From the IMG/VR virus record IMGVR_UViG_3300003971_000012, positions 1 to 33,595 of that record: DNA of 33,595 bases. The stretch is one strand, 5' to 3'. Below the pieces are notes generated by a model. That model did no database searches and was not told the origin of the DNA. It saw only the letters and a program-made list of their open reading frames with translations. Source of the stretch: a virus (lineage: Duplodnaviria; Caudoviricetes). This document shows positions 25,892-33,595 of the stretch, one piece after another; position 1 is the stretch's first letter, and each line of letters begins with the position of its first letter. The position numbers and the translations under genes were made by a program.

Positions 25892-25919
25892 CGATCCTTT
25901 CCTAATCGGGGGTTCCTAC

Positions 25920-28742
25920 ATGATTAAGACTGCAACCGTCCCTCTTCGCGGGGTGCGGACGAACGCGCTTGTCGTTCCGATTAACTTCGTCGGCATTGAC
26001 CTGACCAGCGCGACCGTGACCGCTGTTGTGCTGCAGGATTGGGATAACGATCCCGCTGACCCTGAGCTTGCGCTGACCGAGACCCCGAACGGCAACGGGT
26101 CCGGCGTTGTCGTCGGCACGATCACGACCACCGGCGGCGTCACCACCAGCCCGGTCACGCTGACCATCGGTGCGACCGACATGGCGGCATTCCCCGATGC
26201 ACCGGAAGTGGGCGGCAACGTCAACTGGGTCTGGTATCTGATGATTCAGACCAACGGAAGCGACGCCAACACCAAGCAGCGCTATATTGAGGGCGACTTC
26301 ATCATCGGCGGCGCGATGTCTGGCGGCACGGGTTCTGTGACCGCGACGATTGCGAACGAAGAAGTCAACATCACGATTGACGGCGTAGCAGCGATTGCCC
26401 CGCTGGTCGCGTCGGCACAATCTGCGGCTGACGATGCCGAGACTGCACAGGCAGCGGCGGAAGCTGCGCAGGAGGCTGCGGAAGCGGCTGCAGCGGGCGT
26501 GCCGGTGGGCGACGAGTTCCTGATCCTGACCGCTCCTCCCGGCGACAATCGCGGGCAGGTGGGGGACACAGCGTTCAACTCCACCGACCGCGTGCTTTAT
26601 CCGAAAAAGACCACAGAGGGCTGGACCGGATTGAAGCTGTCGGATGGCAGCACGGTCACCAACGACGGGCAGATTGACGACCTGGCGCTCGGCACGCTGC
26701 CCAGCGGGTTCACGACCACGCGCAGCCAATCGACCACGAACCTGCTCGCAGGCGATACCGGCACGACCTACAGCACCATTTCCAGCGGGACGGCGGTGCA
26801 GCATCCGCGCCTTGGCTTGCTGTCCTATCCACAGTCGGAGCAGTTCGCCTCTGACCCCACTGGCCCTGGCGATGGCGCGGTCGCTCTGGCGAAGTCCTTC
26901 GCGGTCGGTAAGGTTTGCGTGCGCATCCATGGCAATGGCACACTGACCAGTTCGGCGGGCACCGCGACGGGTTCGGGCTATGGCGCGATCACCGAAGCGA
27001 GCGGCGTGCAGACGATCACGCTGACCACCACCGGAACGATTGCGTTCTCGCTGTCGGGTAGCGATGCCAACACAAAGGTTCAAATCGAGCAGTCGCCGCT
27101 GTTCCCGACTGCAACGGTGCCGACCCCGTTCATGCCGACTGCTGGCACGCGTGATGCCGACCGCATTGCCAATACCGGCGACCTGTTGACGGCGCTCGGC
27201 GCGGGCGAAGGCACGATCATCATGAACGTGCACATCCCGGTCAACAAAACGAACAACACGATTCTGGGCGTGAACACGAACACAGGGCTTCTCCAAGCGC
27301 CAACCGATCAGCAAATTCAATGGTTCGACGGCACGAACTACGATTTCCACCACTTGGGCGTGGGCGACTTCCGCAATGGCGCTCGGGTCGGCTTTACTTG
27401 GCGGAGTGGCCGAATCGCCTTCATGGGCGGGTCGCACCTTCCAGAGCAGTTCGCCGCGACGCTGCTAACGATCACATCGGCCCGCCTTGGATTGCAAGCG
27501 GGCACGACTGACATTTACGGCCAGACATCACTCGCCGGGGGCATCGGGCGCTATCAGCTCATCGACCGCGCAACCGTCACCAGCGGCGGCGACGCGCTTG
27601 AGTTCTACGACCTTGTTTCTGAGATCAGCCGCCCGACCGTGGCGGACTTCCAGAATTGGGAGACTGCGGACCCGTTGCCGGTGTTTCGCGGCAAGGTAGC
27701 GCAGCTGGCGGCGGGGACGATCACCAGCGCGCCCATCGTCTGCACTGGCCCGAGCCACACGGCGGGCGTGACCACCTTCGCGAATAGCTGGCCGAAGAAG
27801 CTGGCCGATGCGCTGGCGACAGCGGGCTATGCGGCGCACTCGCGCGCGTTCTTTGGCACGAACGGCGCAAGCTGGTCGGCTGGCACGAATACCCATGACG
27901 GGCGCGCGACCTATACCGGCACCGCGCCGAGCCTCTACGGCAAGAGCCTTGGCGGCGAGTGCATCAGCATCCCGAGCGGCACGGCGCTGACCCTGACATG
28001 GGCGGAGAGCGCGGATAAGGTCATCGTCGTCTATTACACCGATACGGGGCTGGGTTCGTTTCAGGTGTCGGCGGGCGCGGGCGCGATCACGCCGGATGAA
28101 GGCGGGTCGAGCACGGTCAGCACGAACGCGGCGATTGGCATTGCCTACAAGACGTTCACGAAGTCGGGCGGGGCAACCGCCTGGACGATCACCGCAAGCA
28201 GCGCGGCGGTTCGTATCGCGGGGATCTATGACCCGAACGGCATCCCGGTCATCAATGGCGGGCGCAACGGGTTCACGGCGGTCGATATGTCCAGCGGCTC
28301 GCTGATCGCGCAGAGCAGCTACCTGTTGCCCCTGTCGATCATCGCCCCGGCGCTGACCATCATGGCACCGGACAACACGAACAGCGCGAGCGGTGCCGTC
28401 GCACTGGCGACCTATCGCAGCGCCGTGCAGACGCAGCTCGACTATGCCATCGGGCGCGGCGGTGACGTGATTGTCCTGACCGACCCGATGAGCGCGCCGC
28501 AAGTCATCCCCGAGGGCACGCAGCAGGTTTACGCGGGCATCGTCGCCCAAGAGGCCAAGCGCAAAGACCTGCCCCTGTTCCACCTGCGCAAGTGGGAGGA
28601 GCAATGGGGCTATACCGCCGTGCATAACAGCGGCTTCTACAGCGAGGCGACGATCACGGCGGGCCTGCACTTCGGCACCACGGCGAACAATTGGATGATC
28701 GCGCTGCCCCTGTCGGCGGCGATCGTTAGCGCGCTGTCGTGA
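25920..28742 (+). CDS. Tail spike / receptor-binding protein with lectin-like and SGNH-like domains (940 aa)
   Basis: Adaptor-like N-terminus, Ala-rich coiled coil and beta-rich middle. C-terminal blocks are GPSHTAG, NGGRNG, NTNS and GLHF. Confidence 0.7.
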   Translation: MIKTATVPLRGVRTNALVVPINFVGIDLTSATVTAVVLQDWDNDPADPELALTETPNGNGSGVVVGTITTTGGVTTSPVTLTIGATDMAAFPDAPEVGGNVNWVWYLMIQTNGSDANTKQRYIEGDFIIGGAMSGGTGSVTATIANEEVNITIDGVAAIAPLVASAQSAADDAETAQAAAEAAQEAAEAAAAGVPVGDEFLILTAPPGDNRGQVGDTAFNSTDRVLYPKKTTEGWTGLKLSDGSTVTNDGQIDDLALGTLPSGFTTTRSQSTTNLLAGDTGTTYSTISSGTAVQHPRLGLLSYPQSEQFASDPTGPGDGAVALAKSFAVGKVCVRIHGNGTLTSSAGTATGSGYGAITEASGVQTITLTTTGTIAFSLSGSDANTKVQIEQSPLFPTATVPTPFMPTAGTRDADRIANTGDLLTALGAGEGTIIMNVHIPVNKTNNTILGVNTNTGLLQAPTDQQIQWFDGTNYDFHHLGVGDFRNGARVGFTWRSGRIAFMGGSHLPEQFAATLLTITSARLGLQAGTTDIYGQTSLAGGIGRYQLIDRATVTSGGDALEFYDLVSEISRPTVADFQNWETADPLPVFRGKVAQLAAGTITSAPIVCTGPSHTAGVTTFANSWPKKLADALATAGYAAHSRAFFGTNGASWSAGTNTHDGRATYTGTAPSLYGKSLGGECISIPSGTALTLTWAESADKVIVVYYTDTGLGSFQVSAGAGAITPDEGGSSTVSTNAAIGIAYKTFTKSGGATAWTITASSAAVRIAGIYDPNGIPVINGGRNGFTAVDMSSGSLIAQSSYLLPLSIIAPALTIMAPDNTNSASGAVALATYRSAVQTQLDYAIGRGGDVIVLTDPMSAPQVIPEGTQQVYAGIVAQEAKRKDLPLFHLRKWEEQWGYTAVHNSGFYSEATITAGLHFGTTANNWMIALPLSAAIVSALS

Positions 28743-28751
28743 CCTACAACA

Positions 28752-28917
28752 CCGCCATTTCGCAATCGATGCACGGCGTGTCGGGCCGGTCGGCTGTCTG
28801 TTCCCCGCAGCTCGGGCAACGATACGCGCCGCGCTTTGGGCGGAACAGCCGGGTCAGCAAGCGGAGGATGGCGTGCATCGCTGCACCTTACCCGAAACGA
28901 GAATCCCTGCAAGTGCG
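28752..28917 (+). ncRNA. Candidate structured leader before the lysis cassette
   Basis: CGATGCACG/CGTGCATCG (28767-75/28872-80) encloses CTGTTCC/GGAACAG (28798-804/28842-48). Confidence 0.35.
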
Positions 28918-28928
28918 GAGCCGCCCCC

Positions 28929-29324
28929 ATGCCTGACGTGAGCGCAACCGATGCCGCAATCGGCGGTGGTGCCTTCGCCGCTGTGTGGGCGGGCATCAAG
29001 TGGGCGGTCGGGTTCATCACCGGACGGCAGGACAAGCGCGAAGCGGACCTCAACGCTCGTGAGGCCCGACTGGACGCAGAGGAAGCGGCACAGGTGACAG
29101 CATTGAAGGAACGCCTGGACCGCCTCGAAACCACGCAGGCGGCGCAGGGGCGCGAGCTGGAAGCGCACCGGGTCGCCATCGGAATCCTTGTCGCCAAGGT
29201 GGCGCGGGATGACCCGGCTGCCCCCGAACTCAAGCAGGTGGCGGAGATTCTCGGGGCTGCGTTCCCGATCCATCTGCACACTCCGACCGACATGACCGAC
29301 ACGCTGAACAAGCTCAACGGATAG
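28929..29324 (+). CDS. Membrane-anchored coiled-coil protein (holin or antiholin-like)
   Basis: One N-terminal hydrophobic segment followed by a coiled coil. It is the first gene of the lysis block and has a GGAG RBS. Confidence 0.6.
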   Translation: MPDVSATDAAIGGGAFAAVWAGIKWAVGFITGRQDKREADLNAREARLDAEEAAQVTALKERLDRLETTQAAQGRELEAHRVAIGILVAKVARDDPAAPELKQVAEILGAAFPIHLHTPTDMTDTLNKLNG

Positions 29325-29331
29325 GAGACTT

Positions 29332-29466
29332 ATGGGCACTCCCCCGATTAGCGACGAACTTTGCAAAGAGGCGCTCAACGAAGCGGCGAGCGTGCTGGCC
29401 CGCCAATCCATCGCAATCCTCTACGTCCGCCGCGCTGTGGGCGATGCTGAAAGGACCGGAGAATGA
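29332..29466 (+). CDS. 44-aa ORF, possible deletion scar (not in track)
   Basis: TAGGAG RBS, translation MGTPPISDELCKEALNEAAS..., and a stop overlapping the endolysin ATG. Confidence 0.5.
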   Translation: MGTPPISDELCKEALNEAASVLARQSIAILYVRRAVGDAERTGE

Positions 29467-30044
29467 TCGAAGCACGCAAGCTGCAAACCCGTCTAGGCGT
29501 GACGGCGGACGGCATCATTGGACGGGGCACGCTCGCCGCCCTGTTCCAGCATTTCGGATGCGCCCCTGACCGCGCCGACGAGCTCGCGCTGTCCGCTGCG
29601 GTGCATTTCCAGTCCTATGGGATTCTGGCGAACGCGAACCGCCTGGCGCACTTCATCGCGCAGCTTGCGCATGAGAGCGACAATTTCCGCGCGATGGAGG
29701 AGTATGCGTCGGGCGCCGCGTATGAAGGCCGCGCGGATCTCGGCAACACGCAGCCCGGCGACGGCAAGCGCTACAAGGGCCGTGGACCGATTCAGCTGAC
29801 GGGCCGGGCCAACTATCGCACCTATGGCCGCGCGCTCGGCATCGACTTCGAGCGCCATCCCGAGCTTGTCGCCACGCCATCGATCGGGCTGATCGTCGCG
29901 CTGCGCTATTGGGAGAGCAAGGGGCTGAACGCCTTCGCCGACGCCGATGACCTCACCGCCATCACGCGCCGCATTAATGGCGGCACGAACGGGTTGAACG
30001 ATCGCCGCGAAAAGCTGGCGAAGATGAAAGGGCTGCTCGCATGA
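29463..30044 (+). CDS. Endolysin, glycoside hydrolase family 19 with short PG-binding N-terminus
   Basis: AHFIAQLAHES, YKGRGPIQLTGRANY and TRRINGG. The N-terminus contains ADGIIGRGT. Confidence 0.95.
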   Translation: MIEARKLQTRLGVTADGIIGRGTLAALFQHFGCAPDRADELALSAAVHFQSYGILANANRLAHFIAQLAHESDNFRAMEEYASGAAYEGRADLGNTQPGDGKRYKGRGPIQLTGRANYRTYGRALGIDFERHPELVATPSIGLIVALRYWESKGLNAFADADDLTAITRRINGGTNGLNDRREKLAKMKGLLA

Positions 30045-30313
30045 ACCGCGACTGGACAGGCATCTTCAAAGGCGCAGGCGGTAACTACGAGGTCAACCGC
30101 TTCGTCGGCGTGGTCGGCGCGCTGACCTATATCGCCGCCGTTCCCGCGTTCGTCGCGTGGCACATAGGCAAGGGCAATGACTTCGATCTGATTGCGTTCT
30201 GTGCGGCCTATCCGGCTGGGCTGGGTGCTGTGCTGGCCGCGATTGCTGGCGCTGTGGCGTTGAAGGATCGACAGGTCGCGAAAGCCAAGGTCGAAGCGGA
30301 GGGCGGGGCATGA
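30041..30313 (+). CDS. Holin-like protein
   Basis: 90 aa with two hydrophobic segments and a charged tail, between the endolysin and spanins. Confidence 0.65.
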   Translation: MNRDWTGIFKGAGGNYEVNRFVGVVGALTYIAAVPAFVAWHIGKGNDFDLIAFCAAYPAGLGAVLAAIAGAVALKDRQVAKAKVEAEGGA

Positions 30314-30813
30314 TCGCGTTCGCACTAAAAGAGTGGAAGCTAATCGGCTGGGGCGTGACCGCCATCGCCCTGCTATTCGCAATGCTGGCGCTGTCCGAAA
30401 CGAAGCGCGAGCGCGACGCAGAGAAAGCCGCGCACGCTGAAACCATCGCCAACTACCGCCTGGCACAAGAGGCCGCCAAGGCCATTGCCGAGCGCCATCG
30501 CCGCGACCTCGAAGACCTATCCCGGAGAAACGCAGATGAAGCCGAAGACCGATACGCGGCGGGCATTGCCGACGCTCGCAGCCGCGCTGATGATTACATC
30601 GCTCGCAACCGGGTGCAGCAAGTCCAGTGCGCTGGAAGTGCGCCCAGCGGAGCCGCTACCGCCGCCAAAGGTGAGCGTGCCAGCGTTCCTGCGCCAATGT
30701 CCCCCGCGCCCGAGCTGGTCGGCGTCACCCCCGAAGACGTGCGAGCCTGCGCCGCAGCCGTCGAATACGGGGACCGAGCGCACGAGTGGGCGATGACGTT
30801 GAACAAGCCCTGA
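30310..30813 (+). CDS. Inner-membrane spanin (Rz-like)
   Basis: N-terminal transmembrane segment followed by a coiled coil. Confidence 0.8.
   Translation: MIAFALKEWKLIGWGVTAIALLFAMLALSETKRERDAEKAAHAETIANYRLAQEAAKAIAERHRRDLEDLSRRNADEAEDRYAAGIADARSRADDYIARNRVQQVQCAGSAPSGAATAAKGERASVPAPMSPAPELVGVTPEDVRACAAAVEYGDRAHEWAMTLNKP
30536..30796 (+). CDS. Outer-membrane spanin lipoprotein (Rz1-like), embedded in the +1 frame
   Basis: GGAG RBS, a signal peptide with lipobox LATG-C, and a Pro-rich mature region. Confidence 0.8.
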   Translation: MKPKTDTRRALPTLAAALMITSLATGCSKSSALEVRPAEPLPPPKVSVPAFLRQCPPRPSWSASPPKTCEPAPQPSNTGTERTSGR

Positions 30814-31004
30814 TCGCTTGCCTGTCCACTCCGGTAGTGGTAGGAAGGTCGGGCGATGGATGCCGTAGGAAGCGTCGTTCCTTCGCGCTAGCGTTGAAGG
30901 GTGGGGCGCGTGTCGGGACGAGATGCGCCTCACCCCGCCGCAGCAACCCATTCCGCTATGACCGTAGGCGGTCAGCTATCCACCCTGCGGGCAAGCCCCG
31001 TAGG
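30813..31004. ncRNA. Candidate multi-hairpin RNA between convergent operons
   Basis: Six consecutive stem-loops, with GTAGG repeated four times. Confidence 0.4.
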
Positions 31005-31006
31005 AC

Positions 31007-31040
31007 GGCGGCCCGGATGCTTTCGAGGTCCGGGCCGTTT
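31007..31040 (+). terminator. Terminator-like hairpin at the convergence point
   Basis: GGCGGCCCGGA / TCCGGGCCGTT stem followed by only a short T run. Confidence 0.55.
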
Positions 31041-31057
31041 CCCCCGCACAGTCCGTA

Positions 31058-31615
31058 TCAAGTCGGGCGGGTAGGGGTGGTTAGAGCGGCAAACACAGCG
31101 TCGATCATGCTGGCCGGGTCAAAGTCCGCATTGATCTGCCACAGCCCGGTTTCAGGGTCAGTGGCGAACATTCCAGCGCCAATCCCGACTTGCCTGTCCA
31201 TCTCCGCCTCAATGGCGCGCTTCATCGCATAACGCTGTTCCGGTGAAGGAGAGGTGCGGGAGGGGGAGGCGGGCAGCAACTCGACGTTCATGCGATCCGC
31301 CAGGATCGCAGCGGCGTGCCACAGTGTTTCTGGCGGGAGCTTGTGCTGCTGGTCGCGTAGCCACATTTCGGCGGCTTGGATGCCGCGTTCATATTGCGTC
31401 CACCCGTCCGCCTCCCTCGGCACCATGACGAACTCACCCCCATCTACAGGCGGGGTGAGGGCGGCGAAGCGAAGCATGGCGCGGATAGCGGCGGCTTCCA
31501 TGTAATCGCCAGTCCATCCTTCGCGGATACCCTTCGCGGTAATCGGACGGTTCATCCGCTCAACTTCATCCGCCAGCACCTCGCGAGCCAGCGCCTCCAG
31601 CTTATCACTCTCCAT
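31058..31615 (-). CDS. Hypothetical early protein
   Basis: ATG 31615 has a GGAG RBS. It contains the phage-typical FVMVPRE motif. Confidence 0.7.
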   Translation of the reverse strand: MESDKLEALAREVLADEVERMNRPITAKGIREGWTGDYMEAAAIRAMLRFAALTPPVDGGEFVMVPREADGWTQYERGIQAAEMWLRDQQHKLPPETLWHAAAILADRMNVELLPASPSRTSPSPEQRYAMKRAIEAEMDRQVGIGAGMFATDPETGLWQINADFDPASMIDAVFAALTTPTRPT

Positions 31616-31931
31616 TGCCAGTCTCCATCGAGAGGGTGCGGATGGCGGATGCAATCTTGCGAGCCGCCCGCATTTGTTCCGAGCCGACGCCCGTTCCCGG
31701 CGCAAATGCCGACTCCGCCACCTTCACCGCCGCATCCTGGCATAACTTGAAGCCCCGCTGTTCGGCGGCTGCTAGGGCTTGGACGATGGGGTCGAAGTCA
31801 CATTCCCCTGCCTCAATTTGAGCGATCAGCACCCGCTTATGGATGGTGCGGTCAAAGTCAGGCTCGACCGCGACATACGATGCCGCCGCTTCACGCGCGC
31901 TCTGCGTCACCACTACGGTATCTTGGGTCAT
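31605..31931 (-). CDS. Hypothetical early protein
   Basis: MTQDTVVVTQSAREAAA..., with an AAGGA RBS and ATGA coupling. Confidence 0.7.
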   Translation of the reverse strand: MTQDTVVVTQSAREAAASYVAVEPDFDRTIHKRVLIAQIEAGECDFDPIVQALAAAEQRGFKLCQDAAVKVAESAFAPGTGVGSEQMRAARKIASAIRTLSMETGNGE

Positions 31932-32173
31932 TGGGGTTGGTCCTTGAGGTGGGCTTGCACTTGCCGGCCGATGTCGTTCAGTCGCCATTCGTTGGCGTCC
32001 TCGGGGCAATGCTTGTGGTCGATCAGTGCCGGGTCGATATTCCACCAAGCGCGCTTGGCAACGCTACGGCTTGGCACCGTCCCCCAGCTTCCGTCCGATG
32101 GCAGCGCCAGGATCATCGCTTTGCGCGCGGGCGTGAGTGACGCCGCCACCCGTTCGACTTCATCGGCCATCAT
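31928..32173 (-). CDS. Hypothetical early protein
   Basis: MMADEVERVAASLTPARKAMILAL...WRLNDIGRQV, translationally coupled. Confidence 0.7.
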   Translation of the reverse strand: MMADEVERVAASLTPARKAMILALPSDGSWGTVPSRSVAKRAWWNIDPALIDHKHCPEDANEWRLNDIGRQVQAHLKDQPQ

Positions 32174-32436
32174 GCGTCTCCCTGTGTGAGAAGGCGGGCG
32201 GCGGCGCGAAGATCCTCTGCGGTGAGGTTCATCGCGGCGGGCGCTTCCCAAATGTGGCCGCTATGGTTGTCATCCAGATCGTCAGCCGCCGTAGCGAATG
32301 GACGCAACGCATCCTCTAGTGCTGCGATACGGTCGGCGGCTTCGGTGGCGAGTTCTTCGGCGCGCGTCTTTGGCTCGTGCGGGAATGCACGCCCGCCCAT
32401 GATCCGCAGCCGCTCTTTGAGGTCCAGATCACTCAT
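32170..32436 (-). CDS. Hypothetical early protein
   Basis: MSDLDLKERLR...EAADRIAALEDALRPFA, with an AAGGA RBS. Confidence 0.7.
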   Translation of the reverse strand: MSDLDLKERLRIMGGRAFPHEPKTRAEELATEAADRIAALEDALRPFATAADDLDDNHSGHIWEAPAAMNLTAEDLRAAARLLTQGDA

Positions 32437-32656
32437 CATCGGTTCCTTTGGTGGGTGGGGCATTTTCCGCGAGCCACGCTGCAAGCCTGAGGTAGTTCTC
32501 AACGTCGGGCGCCTTGCCGCGAGCGATCCGGCTGATCGTGGCTTTTGAGATACCAGTCGCGCGGGCGACATCTGATTGCGATATGCCGCGATACGCAGTG
32601 GCGACCCGAACGTCGCGAGCAAACGCCTCAGGAAAGAAAAGCTGCCCGCCCATCAT
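32429..32656 (-). CDS. XRE-family HTH regulator
   Basis: GISQSDVARATGISKATISRIARGKAPDVE. Confidence 0.85.
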   Translation of the reverse strand: MMGGQLFFPEAFARDVRVATAYRGISQSDVARATGISKATISRIARGKAPDVENYLRLAAWLAENAPPTKGTDDE

Positions 32657-32919
32657 TCGCCTCCAGTGTTAGGGGATTGGTTGGCGAGGGGTGACGGCCT
32701 GCCCAGTCTGCGTTGCAGGGCAAAGAACCATCCGCCATTGTGGACAAGCGTCCGGTGGTATCGGTCAAAGGGATCGAAGCGAACGCCGTTGACTTGCTCG
32801 AACAGACGGATCGTGCGCAGCCCATCTGTGCGCGAACTGGCGATGAACAATCCGCCTTTCGCCGCTTCATCGATCGCTGACAGCATCGCCTTGCGCCACC
32901 GCCTGCCCCGCTCAGACAT
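32653..32919 (-). CDS. Hypothetical early protein
   Basis: ATG 32919 has a GGAGG RBS, and the stop is coupled to the HTH gene. Confidence 0.65.
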   Translation of the reverse strand: MSERGRRWRKAMLSAIDEAAKGGLFIASSRTDGLRTIRLFEQVNGVRFDPFDRYHRTLVHNGGWFFALQRRLGRPSPLANQSPNTGGE

Positions 32920-33124
32920 TCCCGCCTCCATTAGATTGGCGCTTCCATGCGGCATCATAGGCACGCGCGTCGGCACAGGCGCAGACAGCCTTGGGCAGCT
33001 CGCATCACCCGCAATAGTGGTTGTGGCAGGTGTCAGGATGGCCCCGCAGTCGCGAGACCCCGCAGCAGGAGTGATAGCCCTGCGGATCATCAAGAACGCG
33101 CCGGTTGTCGCCCATGAAGCCCAT
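32912..33124 (-). pseudogene. Cys/His-rich small ORF interrupted by an in-frame TGA at 33005-33007
   Basis: MGFMGDNRR...HSCCG...CHNHYCG*CELPKAVCACADARAYDAAWKRQSNGGGNV*. Confidence 0.6.
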
Positions 33125-33372
33125 CACTCTCCCCCATTGGATTTGAGGGCTTCGGCCATCACGGCTTGCAGCGCCGGGTTGGGCTTGGGCGGGTGGCAGA
33201 TATGGCAGGGCCGCGAGCAAAGGCACGTTCCCTCGCCTTCGTCATAGGTGTCGCACTGCCAATCCCACGAACAGCCAGTGACATAGCCCTCGCCGCCGCA
33301 GTTCCAGCACTCGGACTCGTCGTAATCCCAGTAGGGATCGTCCTCACGCTCTCCATGTAGATCAGACGCCAT
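33124..33372 (-). CDS. Small Cys-rich zinc-finger-like protein
   Basis: CWNCGGEG...C..C..C.C...CHICH, with a GAGG RBS. Confidence 0.7.
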   Translation of the reverse strand: MASDLHGEREDDPYWDYDESECWNCGGEGYVTGCSWDWQCDTYDEGEGTCLCSRPCHICHPPKPNPALQAVMAEALKSNGGE

Positions 33373-33595
33373 TGACGCACCTCTCTGCGTTGGGGGTGGG
33401 TTCACGGATGTCGTCGAAGTTGCGATCCGCGCAGGGCTGGTCGTGCGGCCCTTTGGCGAACACGATCAGGTCGCCGTCAGCAATCTCGCGACGCGACCGG
33501 CGATCCCAACCGATATGAATGAAGTCCGGCGATCCGAACACGCGGCGCGCGCGGTGGTATTCGTCGCCGCGAAAGCCTACAAAGTGAACAGCCAT
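33362..33595 (-). CDS. Phage hypothetical protein
   Basis: MAVHFVGFRGDEY..A.RVFG.PDFIH..WD. The ATG sits at the window edge. Confidence 0.7.
   Translation of the reverse strand: MAVHFVGFRGDEYHRARRVFGSPDFIHIGWDRRSRREIADGDLIVFAKGPHDQPCADRNFDDIREPTPNAERCVNGV

Noticed and set aside
25902-28670. 511-aa and 380-aa antisense ORFs
   Set aside because: They are Arg-rich shadows of the tail spike gene.
24791-28742. Diversity-generating retroelement suggested by the Mtd-like N-terminus
   Set aside because: There is no reverse transcriptase and no TR/VR pair differing at adenines in the window.
30786-31232. 148-aa plus-strand ORF after the spanins
   Set aside because: It has no RBS, is Arg/Ser-rich, runs through the hairpin array and overlaps a better minus-strand gene.
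32960-33007. Selenocysteine recoding of the in-frame TGA
   Set aside because: The TGA is at an x position of CxxC rather than a Cys position, and the downstream hairpin is too weak to call a SECIS.

Overview
The window is most of a GC-rich lambdoid siphophage or prophage with an HK97-type head, probably infecting an alphaproteobacterium (Sphingomonadales-like gene content; the host is an inference). From left to right it holds a truncated leftward repeat-protein gene, an immunity region (short repressor, Cro, ACAA-N5-TTGT operators), early and replication genes, a late-control region, packaging genes, head, tail, a complete lysis cassette, a hairpin-rich non-coding stretch and convergent leftward early genes. 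No integrase or att site is visible. The main oddities are: (1) a 498-bp cassette inserted in the portal 3' end that supplies a synonymously recoded replacement C-terminus and carries an HNH-endonuclease remnant plus a DUF305-like cargo gene; (2) a primase-helicase whose zinc-binding domain lies in a different reading frame from the rest; (3) an Ala1 class-3 LAGLIDADG intein in the terminase P-loop; (4) three structured non-coding regions; (5) a repressor with no self-cleavage domain. All family calls are by motif recognition and no database search was run.
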